Shown here in pieces: positions 19,046 through 28,640 of a stretch of DNA of 54,817 nt. The stretch's first letter is position 1; the number at the start of each line of letters is the position of its first letter. This stretch comes from an uncultured Bacteroidales bacterium (lineage in GTDB: Bacteria > Bacteroidota > Bacteroidia > Bacteroidales > M50B96), in assembly GCA_964388245.1 (NCBI GenBank), contig CAYLZH010000004.1:1-54817 (forward strand), in the 5' to 3' direction. Below the pieces are notes generated by a model. It was not told the DNA's origin. It saw only the letters and a program-made list of their open reading frames with translations, and searched no databases. The position numbers and the translations under genes are program-made.

Positions 19046-21191
19046 TTATTCAATAATAATTTCATCTACAAAAAGCCAGGAGTCTTCACCTGCGCTTTCG
19101 TGCCAATCAGGAAGAGTTCCATAATTCTTTGCAATTACTTTCACATATCTTGCTTTTGTGGGATCAAATTGAGTTTTAAATTGTTGAATTAGAGCAGCTA
19201 AGTTTGTTGCAGGAATATCATGTTTAATAATTGCGGTTTCTTTGTATGATACACCATCTTCAGAAGTGAATATGCTTATATGTTCAGGTAATACAATCCA
19301 TGAACTCACTTTCTGAAGACTGGTAATACTAACAGAAGAAACTTCTATCATCTTACCTAAATCAACTACAGCTTCCATATCTTTCCCCTGGAAACCTTGC
19401 CAGTTACCATCACCAAAGCGTTTGCTGCCAAATATTCCATTCTCCAACCCCCAATCACCACCCGCAGTGTACCGATTTATCATATTTCGAGACATAATTA
19501 AGTTTTTTACCTGTAGCCAAATGAATCTTAAATTCAGATTCAGAAGTTGTAAGTGATGGAGTGCCCTCAACAAATACTTTCCCTTTTATGATCGCATTTT
19601 TGGTAATTGTAAAAGGTGCTGAGTAAAGTAACGAGCTGATTGTAGGTTCCGTTCCATCCAATGTATATCGTATCTCATTTTCATTATCTGTATGCATTGA
19701 GATGCGAAATCCGCTTGCTTCGTCAACGTAATTGTTTTTTATGGTTACAAATTCAGTAAGTAATTTCCAGTCATCGGTTCGGAAGGTAGAAGTAGGTAAT
19801 CCTTCTTTATTAAAGAGATTAGGCTCGTCGCCATTTTCAAAAGCAAAGCGAACAGCAACTGGGTTTTTTACCTTTTTTGAAGATACCAGCACAACGTTAT
19901 CAACAATTGTTGCTTTTGCAGGATAAAACTGCTGATCGTTTCCTGCAATGGTAAAACAGCTCAGCTCATCACCTTTGCATTCCAAGCCAGTTCCAACGTG
20001 GTCGAAAGTAAGAACGATTTCCTTTCTATCCTTTTTCATTGACTTATAAAGCGGTCCACTAAATACCAACTTTTCTTTGCCATAAGAATTAGCCAACGCC
20101 CATAACGCCAATCGTTGTCCAACTTCTTTTTTCTTTGTTGGATGATTATTTTCCGGAGTACCAATATCTAGAGTAACCGCCATTCCAGTATTGAGAACAT
20201 CTAATGTTTTTCGCTGTGCATCGCGTAGGGCTGCTCCAATAATTTCATGCGGATAATTGTAAGGAGCTATTTGTACAAAATAAAACGGAAATTCACCCTG
20301 GCCCCATTCATTCCTCCAGTTAGAAATTAATGTGGTCATCAGATTTTTATACCGATCATGTTCCTTTACATTAGCTTCACCCTGATACCAGATTGCCCCC
20401 TTAATTCCAAAAGGGATGAGCGGATGCAACATTGCATTATAAAGAGATGCAGGTGAATGATGATCGCGAGGGAGAATACCTGGTGCAGCATTTTCACTTT
20501 TTGTTTTGTATTTCTCAATATAGAATTTTCCTTCGGGAGTAGATTGCAATACATTGTAATTTATCCAGGCTTCAGCTGATGATCCACCCTTGCTTGTATG
20601 AATTAATCCAATGGGAATTTCAAGATCTTCATGCAATTCTTTTCCAAAATAATAAGCAACAGCACTAAACGATTTTGTGGTTTTAGGAGAGCAAGGTTCC
20701 CACTTTCCATAACAATTTCGGCTTGGTTCATCTGCATTATCGCGTGCCACATAAAAGAAACGGATGTTCGGATAATCGGCATTGGCAATCTCTTCCTTTG
20801 CATTCTCGCATCGGTCAACCGCCATCTGCATATTTGATTGACCAGAACAAATCCAAACCTCGCCCAACAGTACATTATTAATCACAGTATCATTAATGTA
20901 AAGCTGATAAGGTCCGCCAGCATCAGTGGTCTTTAGTTTGACCATCCATTTCCCATCCTCATCTGCAACGGTAGTTCTGGCTGGCATTCTGCTCCATGTT
21001 CCGGATACTGAAATTTCAGTTCCAGGTTTAGCCCATCCCCAAACCGGTGCCTCAAAGTTTCGCTGAAGAACCATATTATCGGCAAAAACTGACGGAAGTG
21101 TTATTTGAGCAGACAAAGAATAATGACCTCCCAAAAGCAGGAAAACCATTAGGATTGTAAATTGTAGAATGCTATTCCTGAAAATTTTCAT
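19046..21191 (-). pseudogene. Sialate O-acetylesterase (SASA/DUF303) with a C-terminal CHB_HEX_C and discoidin-like module, interrupted by a 1-nt frameshift near 19470-19476
   Basis: The SASA motifs GEVWICSGQSNM and GAIWYQGE are present. ORF 19455..21209 ends KYDKSVHCGW*. The overlapping ORF 19046..19573 continues YTAGGDWGLENGIFG..., which aligns with the GH29 tail YSEKYAALGDLTIGDGVFG. The track start at 21209 is TTG. The ATG at 21191 gives the signal MKIFRNSILQFTILMVFLLL. Confidence 0.75.
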
Positions 21192-21201
21192 GACAGTAAT
21201 A

Positions 21202-23319
21202 TTATTCAATAATTACCTCATCCACAAATAGCCAGGAAGTACCACCGGCCCCTTTATGCCATTCCGGGCAAACACCAATATTTTGAGCTTTGATCCGGAC
21301 AAAACGAGCTTCTTTTTCAGAAAAGCTAATTTCGAATGTATGACTCTGTGGTTTACGATCTGCCTGCAGTTTCTCGATTTCAAGTGATTGCATCAATTGA
21401 TAATTTTCACCATCAGTTGAGATGCTAATTTCAATCATAGCAGGTAGAAATATCCATTGTTTTGTTTTCTCAAGAAAAGAAACTTTTACGCTACTTAACG
21501 ATTGGGTTTCACCCAGATCGATGCTTGCATGAAAATCTACACCTTCAAATCCCAGCCAGTTTTCAGTACTTTTTTTTGCGTCGCCAAATACACCATCACC
21601 AATGGTTAAATCACCAAGAGCAGCATACTTTTCGCTATAAGGATATTTGTAATGTACAGCGCTAAACCCTTTCGACTGCATAAATTCTACTTTGGTCTCC
21701 GGGCTTGTTGCGTACCCGTTTTTAACAGCAATTGCTCTTACAATTGTAGATTCGTTCAATACAATCGGATCTGTATATTTTTGAGTATCTGTTCCAGGGT
21801 CGCTTCCATCAAGTGTATAATAAATAGCTGCACCTTCAGTTCCTGAGCTTAGTTCAACTTTAGCATTTTCGGAAAATAGAATTTTATCTTCTACTGGTTT
21901 TCTATCCAGCATGACGGTTGGTATTTCAGCTACATTGGCTTGTTTTCCTGCCATCTTAATAACATAGGCGTGTTGAACTTTGCGATTTTCTTCTGATTGC
22001 CACGCTACCGGCAATTCAACCATAATACCCTCATCTTCCAGGTTTTCCCAACTCAGAGCCTTGTCGCAACCCAATAATTGAATTTCAGATTTTTCGTCAG
22101 GATTTGCATATTTCAGTTGAACCGAGCTTCCCGGCCATTCTGTTAGCACTGCATATAAAACTGTTGCTGCTTCATTTTGAATGTAGTATACATTATTTGG
22201 ATCCTTGTAATATTTCGTTCCGCGTGAGTTATGAATAACCTCACCATTAACGTCCATCCAGTCACCAGTTTCTTTTAACCGATCAATGCTTTGCTCAGGG
22301 AAAAGACCATCAGCTGTCGGACCAACGTTTAACAAATAGTTTCCTCCCTTAGCTGCAATGTCAACAAGGTTGTGGATAAGCATCTTGGTAGATTTGAAAT
22401 TTTCGTCAAACTGGTTAAATCCCCAATGATTATTCATGGTCATGCACGATTCCCAATCAAGATCGGATGTTCCCTCCAGAATTTCCTGCTCTGGTGTTCC
22501 AAAATCTCCAGCCGCATCATCATAGGCATTCATCCCTTCCATTCCCTGGCGGCCTTTTCCAACCCGATTGTTTATAATTATATCGGGTTGAATATTCCGT
22601 AGATGATTGTACAAAGCCTTTCCTTGTTCTTCAGTCCATTCTGTAATCCATTCTCCATCGAACCATAACACACCAATCTTTCCATAATTAGTAAGCAGCT
22701 CCTCCAATTGTGGATACATATAGTTGGCCACATATTTCGAAAACTCCGGGTTCGGGCCTGTTCCATGATTGTAATCGGGATAATTTGTTCCCTGTGCTTG
22801 CGGGTGATGCCAGTCCATAATGGAATGGTAAAAGCACAAGGTAATATTTTCTTTTTTACATGCTTTTGCCAGATCTTTCAGAAGGTCCTTTTTGTATGGT
22901 GTTCGTTCCATGTCAAAATCGGAAACATCAGAGTTCCAAAGACAAAAACCATCGTGGTGCTTCGATGTGATTACAATGTATTTCATGCCGGCATCTTTCG
23001 CCATACGAACCCATTCCTCGGCATTGTAATTTACCGGGTTGAACTGGTCCGCATATTTTTCATATTCATCAACAGGGATGTCGGCAGTTTCCTGAATCCA
23101 TTCGGCATGATTTTTTTCTTCACCATATTGCCCGGCCGGAATCGCATATAGACCCCAATGGATAAACATACCGAAGCCTGCATCGCGCCACCACTGCATC
23201 CGCTCGGTTTTCTCTGCTGCAGTTTCGGTTTCGATGTAATTCCGTTTTTCTTTCTCTACTGGTGCATTGCAAGCACTCAAATAAATCAGGATTGCTAAAA
23301 AAGAAAGTGTTTTATTCAT
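21202..23319 (-). CDS. GH29 alpha-L-fucosidase with a C-terminal CHB_HEX_C and discoidin-like module
   Basis: The motifs WWRDAGFGMFIHWGLYA, ITSKHHDGFCLW and WFDGEW are present. The tail carries IYYTLDGSDP... and ends WLFVDEVIIE. Confidence 0.9.
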   Translation of the reverse strand: MNKTLSFLAILIYLSACNAPVEKEKRNYIETETAAEKTERMQWWRDAGFGMFIHWGLYAIPAGQYGEEKNHAEWIQETADIPVDEYEKYADQFNPVNYNAEEWVRMAKDAGMKYIVITSKHHDGFCLWNSDVSDFDMERTPYKKDLLKDLAKACKKENITLCFYHSIMDWHHPQAQGTNYPDYNHGTGPNPEFSKYVANYMYPQLEELLTNYGKIGVLWFDGEWITEWTEEQGKALYNHLRNIQPDIIINNRVGKGRQGMEGMNAYDDAAGDFGTPEQEILEGTSDLDWESCMTMNNHWGFNQFDENFKSTKMLIHNLVDIAAKGGNYLLNVGPTADGLFPEQSIDRLKETGDWMDVNGEVIHNSRGTKYYKDPNNVYYIQNEAATVLYAVLTEWPGSSVQLKYANPDEKSEIQLLGCDKALSWENLEDEGIMVELPVAWQSEENRKVQHAYVIKMAGKQANVAEIPTVMLDRKPVEDKILFSENAKVELSSGTEGAAIYYTLDGSDPGTDTQKYTDPIVLNESTIVRAIAVKNGYATSPETKVEFMQSKGFSAVHYKYPYSEKYAALGDLTIGDGVFGDAKKSTENWLGFEGVDFHASIDLGETQSLSSVKVSFLEKTKQWIFLPAMIEISISTDGENYQLMQSLEIEKLQADRKPQSHTFEISFSEKEARFVRIKAQNIGVCPEWHKGAGGTSWLFVDEVIIE

Positions 23320-23357
23320 ATCAAATGTATCTTGAGTTCACTTCGAAAAGAATAAAG

Positions 23358-23426
23358 AAAAAAAGTCACAAAGATTCACAAAGCACATATAACCAGCAAT
23401 GTAAATCTTAGTATTTTCTTTGTGAC
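23358..23426 (-). terminator. Terminator/attenuator-like element between GH20 and GH29
   Basis: In minus sense, GTCACAAAGA (23426-23417) can pair with CTTTGTGA (23383-23376) or with TCTTTGTGAC (23374-23365). The second partner is followed directly by T7 (23364-23358). Confidence 0.4.
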
Positions 23427-23461
23427 AATATTGACTTTTTGGAGTGGACTCATATTTTAAA

Positions 23462-25816
23462 TTATTTAACTATAACCTCATCCATGAAAATCCAATTCTC
23501 TCCACCCGGTCTTCGATGCCATTTAGGATTTTTCTTCATTCCTTTTGCTTTTATTCGAATGTATCGGATCTTCTGATTCTGAAAATCAAATTCGACTTCC
23601 TTCAAATATTTTCCAGGTTCATTGGCAAGTTCTGCCAGATCTGTTTTTCCAACACTTGTAAATTTCTTTCCATCCAGCGAAACTTCACAGCTCACAATTA
23701 ATGGTAGAAAAATCCACGACCGTGTGTTGTGTAATAAAGAGATGGTCACATTAGAAATATCTTCTGCCTTTTTCAGGTCAATCTGAAAATCAACATCAGT
23801 ACCTTTAAAGGCTGTCCAGAAGTTTTTTGAGTATTCCACTGTTCCTCGAATGCAATCAGTCAGGCATAAGTCTGAGGTATTGTATTTTTCATTGGGCTGA
23901 ATTGAGTACTCTACTTTTCTTCCGGCAGCTTTATGAATCTCAATATCTTTACTTGTAATTCGTCCAACTGCTTTCCCATTCTTGAAGGCCTGAGCTTTTA
24001 TGGTTGTGCTTTCTGTAACCGGGAATGCCTTTTCGTATTTTAGTGATCTGCTGGAAGGTTCCGTACCATCCAGGGTATAGAAGATACCTACATTATCGAC
24101 CTGAGCCTTTAGGCTTATGTGCAGATCAGATGAAAGCACGCTGCCCTCGTGGTTGATGATAATGTTATACATACTGGGTGCATAATTTACCTTCATGGCA
24201 TCCAGGCGGTTGAAAGCGTACTCGGTGCGTCGAATAAAATCATCAAAATCTTTTTGCTCGTAAGGTGTCCATCCAACCTCGGCAATGGCAAACAGTCGGG
24301 GAAACATCATATAATTATGATCGAAAGGTTTTTGCATGCTTTCACCCCACAAATTCCCCTGAACACCTAAAATGTGTTTGGCCTGTTCGTCATTAAATCC
24401 TTCTGGCACCGGATTAAAGGAATAGGCAGTTGAAAGCAGCAGTTGGCTATACCCATATCCGGGTTCAAGGTCGATGTCTCCCTGGCGAAGATCGAGATAG
24501 CAGTACTTGTTGGGCGACATCACCACATCATGGCCTGCCTTTGCAGCAGTAATTCCCCCCTTTGTGCCTCGCCACGACATTACTGTTGCATTGGGAGCCA
24601 ATCCACCTTCAAGAATTTCATCCCAGCCAATCATGCTCTTGTCCCGGGCATTGATTATCTTTTCAACCCTTTTGATGAAATAACTTTGCAATTCATGCTC
24701 ATCGGCCAGCTTATTGTCCTTCATTCGTTTTTGACAATGCTCACAGATTTTCCATTTATCCTTGTTGCATTCGTCACCACCAATGTGCATGTATTTCGAT
24801 GGGAACAAATCCATCACTTCGTTCAGCATTTTTTCGGTAAACTCAAAAGTAATTTCCTTTCCGGGACAGTAAGTGTTTTCGTTCATGATACCTCCGGTTG
24901 CCACCTTATAATCGGCTTCGTCACAAGAAATTTCTGGATAAGATGCAATGGCAGCTCGACTGTGCCCGGGCATATCTATTTCGGGAATAATCTCAATGTA
25001 CCGCTCTGCTGCATATTGAATTATGTCTGTTATTTGCTCCTGGGAATAAAATCCGCCATAGGTAGCCTTCTCATTTGCTTGTTGCTCGGGGCGGTTGTGC
25101 CAGGATTCGTCGTTCCGGTCTACTCGCCAGGCACCAACTTCTGTTAACTTTGGATAGGCTTTAATCTCAATCCTCCACCCCTGATCGTCGGTTAAGTGCC
25201 AGTGGAATTTATTCATCTTTAGGCTGGCCAAATAATCGAGATTTTTCTTGATGTAATCAACTGAAATAAAATGTCGACTTGGATCAAGCATATTTCCGCG
25301 CCAGCCAAATCGTGGTTGGTCAAAAATCTCTATGCATGGAACTGTTAAATCGATATTCCCAATGGCATCTGAGCTAAAGATTTGAGTAGGCAACAATTGA
25401 TAAATGCTTTGAACTCCATAAAACAAACCATTGGGTTTGTAGGCCTCAATGGTAATTCCATTTTTTGTTATAGATAATGAGTAACCTTCTTTCCCGTATT
25501 TTTCTTCGTCATTCGAAAGACAAAAATGCAGCACATTTTTTAGCTCCGCAGCTTTATCATCAACGCTAACACTTACATTATAAAACTTTGCCCTATTGAT
25601 TTTTGCTGCCAGTGTGTTGGCAATTTTCAGAACTTCAGAATTATCAATACATACAGTGATTCTTGTTTTGCCATTAATTGTAAAGTCTCCGGTTTGAACC
25701 TCTGCCGTAATTGGTTTTGGGATAATGTTGATGTCTCCTGTTATTGCTTGACCGAACAGGTTCGCCGAAACCAAACATGCAACAAGAAATGAGAAAAATA
25801 ATCTTATGTTTTTCAT
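23462..25816 (-). CDS. GH20 beta-N-acetylhexosaminidase with a C-terminal CHB_HEX_C and discoidin-like module
   Basis: There is a GH20b N-domain (IIPKP...) and a catalytic core with MNKFHWHLTDDQGWRIE and HIGGDEC. The tail carries IFYTLDGTEPS... and ends WIFMDEVIVK. Confidence 0.9.
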   Translation of the reverse strand: MKNIRLFFSFLVACLVSANLFGQAITGDINIIPKPITAEVQTGDFTINGKTRITVCIDNSEVLKIANTLAAKINRAKFYNVSVSVDDKAAELKNVLHFCLSNDEEKYGKEGYSLSITKNGITIEAYKPNGLFYGVQSIYQLLPTQIFSSDAIGNIDLTVPCIEIFDQPRFGWRGNMLDPSRHFISVDYIKKNLDYLASLKMNKFHWHLTDDQGWRIEIKAYPKLTEVGAWRVDRNDESWHNRPEQQANEKATYGGFYSQEQITDIIQYAAERYIEIIPEIDMPGHSRAAIASYPEISCDEADYKVATGGIMNENTYCPGKEITFEFTEKMLNEVMDLFPSKYMHIGGDECNKDKWKICEHCQKRMKDNKLADEHELQSYFIKRVEKIINARDKSMIGWDEILEGGLAPNATVMSWRGTKGGITAAKAGHDVVMSPNKYCYLDLRQGDIDLEPGYGYSQLLLSTAYSFNPVPEGFNDEQAKHILGVQGNLWGESMQKPFDHNYMMFPRLFAIAEVGWTPYEQKDFDDFIRRTEYAFNRLDAMKVNYAPSMYNIIINHEGSVLSSDLHISLKAQVDNVGIFYTLDGTEPSSRSLKYEKAFPVTESTTIKAQAFKNGKAVGRITSKDIEIHKAAGRKVEYSIQPNEKYNTSDLCLTDCIRGTVEYSKNFWTAFKGTDVDFQIDLKKAEDISNVTISLLHNTRSWIFLPLIVSCEVSLDGKKFTSVGKTDLAELANEPGKYLKEVEFDFQNQKIRYIRIKAKGMKKNPKWHRRPGGENWIFMDEVIVK

Positions 25817-25824
25817 TTTATGTC

Positions 25825-28329
25825 TTATTGAAGTATCACCTTTCTTACCACAACATTATCTTCCGATTGGATCTTCACCATATATAATCCTTTTGGGTAA
25901 GTAGATATATCCTTGGTGATGCTTTGTCCATCCCAGTTTTGTTGTTCCATCAATTGTCCATTGGCATTAAAGATTTGTAGAGATACGGTTTCAGAATATA
26001 GTGATCTTAAAACAGATATATTAATCATACCATTTGTTGGATTAGGCGATAACTCTACCTTAAAAGACGAAGATATTGGCTCTTCATCAATGCTGGTATA
26101 AATTAGTTGGTTGCTATAACTGATTAGATTACCCGAAATAACGTAATTTGGGTTATAAGTGCTTTGGCAATCCGAGCAAGTTACACCCGTAACACAATCA
26201 GGGTGGTTGGGATGACAAAGGTCGACATACCCAGGGTCAAATTCGTATTCCATTAAAATATTCGACGTATTCACATACGGAGTTAAATCGTATTCATACA
26301 CATAACTTATCGATCCTGGGCACCAACCGGCACGATTGTGACACCAGGTGCCATTTTGGGGCTGGCAATTATCTGGATTGGGATTGCATACAACCCAGAG
26401 GTGCTGGTCGAATTCGTCATTGTTTACCTTAATTTTGTGTGTTGCCTCGTAAAACTCTGCTGCATTTCCAGTGTTCAAATCGCCCCATGCATGACCGGTA
26501 TTGAGAATCTTGAGTTTCGATGACAGTACACCCGGGTTATAATTCCAGGTAATTACATCCATTGGTTGTAGGTTGGCATAATCGCCAAAGGGAAATGTCC
26601 CGCGCCATATTACATCTACCCAACTGTATTTATGGCTTGGCTCTCCGGCAGTAAAATCGAAATCGATATCAATGATCAATCCTTTTTGCATGACCCCACT
26701 GCTATAACGCATTTCTACCAGTCCCTGCAATATGGAAGAATAATCAACCAAATCAGTACTGTGATTACATTCTACCCCATAAGGAGTAATATAACGGAAC
26801 AACTCGACCCACTGGCCGGTTGGTCCTCTGGCTTCCAGGTAGGCAGTCCTGTCCCAGGGCTCACATCCCTGTGATGGGCAGGTCACATCTAAGTTTGCCA
26901 TTATTTCGTTGAAAGCACCTACATAGGTTGGGAATACAAATTCGCCGGTATCCACATCGTGACTGTTTGTGCATTCTACCTCATCAAAAGCTTGTACGCT
27001 CAAGTTGGATATTGTCTGAGTGACTTCAAAATCAACTGTATTAGTGACCATAACATTTCCTGTAGTGGTAACATTTACAGTCATGGTGTAGCTTCCATAG
27101 GCAGGGGGAGTCCACTCGGCTGTATTGTATCCGGTCGTCCACCTATCCCCAATCATTGTCTGACCATCAATTATAAACTCTACTTCTTTGGTAAGCAACA
27201 CATCGGGGTGATCGATGTACGCAGAAGCCACCAAAAGTATTGGTTGAAGCATGTCCATATACACATCGGTATTGTTTGCCGGTCTGCGAATGGTTAGTTC
27301 GGCTTGATAGGCCTGAGGATCTACCACCTCAAACGACTGGTAAATATCAGGAGCAGCGGCCCAGATAGTATCACCTGCCTGGCTTGCCTTTATGGTAACA
27401 ATTCCGGGAGTCCCGTCCAATGTAACTACATTTCCGTTAATTGTAGCCGGACCTGAGTCAACCACAAATTCAACTGGTAAACTGGATGAGGCTGTGGCAT
27501 TCAGGCTAAATTCTGGAGAAGTGGTAAGCTTATTCGGAATGGCATCAAAACTAATAAATTGAAGTTGACCATTATCTTCAGGTTCTCTGACCAAAATATT
27601 ATCTAATGAGGCGGTCCAACCCGGCGACCTGTAGTAAACCGCATCCCAGGTAGTATGATCAAGTTTGTTGCCCGAATTGGGAGTTAGCCCCATATTTAAG
27701 CCCTGAACTTCGGGTACTGCAATCCATGCACCAGTTGTTCCCGGTTTGTAAAATAAAGCCACCGAGCCCTGACCTCCATTTGCTGTGAAGTCCATCACCA
27801 TTTTGTAACTTGCCCAACCATCATTATTTATAGAAAATATTGTTTCCTGACCATTTGGAAGGATGATCTTATTATTCAAAGGATTCTGGCTTGCAATGTT
27901 TACATGAATTCCTCCATCATTAGCCTCAGTAGCAAGCCCCGGAGCGCAATGACCATCTCCATCTGCATCGTATCCGCACCCGAAAAAATTTCCCCAATGA
28001 GATTTTCGCATATCAAACTCCAGTTCGATAGTACCTTCAATGGTAAAATCAAAATCAAAGTTTGCGCTTGCTTTTCGTGTTGCGGCCCTACCTCCAACAT
28101 GATTATACCAAAGTGACAATGTCCCGTCTGCCGAAAGATCACCTTGACTATTCGCATAATCAACCTGTAAATCGCCTGGCCCATCAGGATATAGAATAGT
28201 AACCCAGCCATCCTGACCACTAAGATCGCCCACTGAAAGGCTGTTAAAATCATAAATATGCTCAATAACCTGGGCATTCACTCCTAATGAGATTATTAAT
28301 GCACAAAAAAGTAGTCGAATTGTTTTCAT
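25825..28329 (-). CDS. T9SS-exported multidomain protein with a PNGase F-like (peptide-N-glycosidase F-related) domain
   Basis: The motifs CEPWDRTAYLEARGPTGQWVELFRYITPYG and HNRAGWCPG match my recollection of Elizabethkingia PNGase F (CDEWDRYANVYV..EWYEIGRFITPY; DRAGWCPG). There is an N-terminal jelly-roll-like region and Ig-like segments. The C-terminus is a Por-type sorting domain. Confidence 0.75.
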   Translation of the reverse strand: MKTIRLLFCALIISLGVNAQVIEHIYDFNSLSVGDLSGQDGWVTILYPDGPGDLQVDYANSQGDLSADGTLSLWYNHVGGRAATRKASANFDFDFTIEGTIELEFDMRKSHWGNFFGCGYDADGDGHCAPGLATEANDGGIHVNIASQNPLNNKIILPNGQETIFSINNDGWASYKMVMDFTANGGQGSVALFYKPGTTGAWIAVPEVQGLNMGLTPNSGNKLDHTTWDAVYYRSPGWTASLDNILVREPEDNGQLQFISFDAIPNKLTTSPEFSLNATASSSLPVEFVVDSGPATINGNVVTLDGTPGIVTIKASQAGDTIWAAAPDIYQSFEVVDPQAYQAELTIRRPANNTDVYMDMLQPILLVASAYIDHPDVLLTKEVEFIIDGQTMIGDRWTTGYNTAEWTPPAYGSYTMTVNVTTTGNVMVTNTVDFEVTQTISNLSVQAFDEVECTNSHDVDTGEFVFPTYVGAFNEIMANLDVTCPSQGCEPWDRTAYLEARGPTGQWVELFRYITPYGVECNHSTDLVDYSSILQGLVEMRYSSGVMQKGLIIDIDFDFTAGEPSHKYSWVDVIWRGTFPFGDYANLQPMDVITWNYNPGVLSSKLKILNTGHAWGDLNTGNAAEFYEATHKIKVNNDEFDQHLWVVCNPNPDNCQPQNGTWCHNRAGWCPGSISYVYEYDLTPYVNTSNILMEYEFDPGYVDLCHPNHPDCVTGVTCSDCQSTYNPNYVISGNLISYSNQLIYTSIDEEPISSSFKVELSPNPTNGMINISVLRSLYSETVSLQIFNANGQLMEQQNWDGQSITKDISTYPKGLYMVKIQSEDNVVVRKVILQ
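25828..26064 (-). other. T9SS type-A C-terminal sorting domain
   Basis: The sequence FKVELSPNPTNGMINISV...GLYMVKIQSEDNVVVRKVILQ shows the typical Por_Secre_tail pattern. Confidence 0.8.
26095..26997 (-). other. PNGase F-like domain (approximately aa 445-745 of the 834-aa protein)
   Basis: The boundaries come from a by-eye alignment with PNGase F. D493, E625 and R666 align with PNGase F D60, E206 and R248. The E118 equivalent reads Ser. Confidence 0.55.
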
Positions 28330-28386
28330 AATTTATTCTTGTTTATACTTACCATTATTACGGAATACGGCTTGCTCAAAAAACTT

Positions 28387-28409
28387 ATTAGAGCTCAGTT
28401 ACCTCTAAT
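28387..28409 (-). promoter_or_regulatory. Weak leader hairpin followed by a U-run in the putative 5' UTR of the PNGase F-like gene
   Basis: In minus sense, ATTAGAG / 9-nt loop / CTCTAAT is followed by AAG and T6 (28383-28378). It lies about 50 nt upstream of the ATG at 28329 and downstream of the predicted -7 box. Confidence 0.25.
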
Positions 28410-28451
28410 CTCGAATGGTCTAGATCTGTGAGAATTAAACCAGATATCCGC

Positions 28452-28505
28452 TTTTGTTTCATTCCCTACAAAGGTAAGTGTTTTTATTACACTAACTATA
28501 AGTTC
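28452..28505 (-). promoter_or_regulatory. Conserved promoter/operator-like motif upstream of the PNGase F-like gene
   Basis: The plus-strand core cattccctacaaaggtaagtgtttttattacactaactat (28460-28499) matches 30282-30321 at about 35/40 by hand count. In gene sense it contains TACCTTTG (TAnnTTTG -7 box, 28476-28469). Just upstream of that box is the inverted repeat AGTGT-N7-ACACT. Confidence 0.45.
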
Positions 28506-28586
28506 TATTCTTTTTGTTTACTGTTGAAGTGTTTATCTTCTGGTTTGCGAGCAGCAAGAATTGCCTAATTTTTTGAATTTTTCGTT

Positions 28587-28640
28587 GTGACCTTAGAGAA
28601 CAATAGTTGTAATCATGAGTTTTTATTCTCTAACTGTCAC
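28587..28640. other. Interrupted 13-bp hairpin in the 439-nt GH30/PNGase spacer
   Basis: GTGAC-c-TTAGAGAA (28587-28600) pairs with TTCTCTAA-ct-GTCAC (28626-28640) across a 25-nt loop. Confidence 0.4.

Noticed and set aside
19455-19480. A programmed prfB-like +1 frameshift at UGG-UGA-U, at the end of the esterase frame A.
   Set aside because: Shifting at the stop would give ...SVHCGW-DWGL.... Homology to the GH29 and GH20 tails (YSEKYAALGD...) supports frame B already from YTAGGDWGL. The lesion therefore lies upstream at tcGGta, where no slippery or stimulatory signal is visible.
19046-19573. Treating ORF 19046..19573 (175 aa, MLRALHHLQ...) as an independent discoidin-domain gene.
   Set aside because: Its first ~30 codons are out-of-frame read-through of the esterase coding sequence. 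Homology begins exactly where the esterase frame breaks, so it is the displaced C-terminus of that gene.
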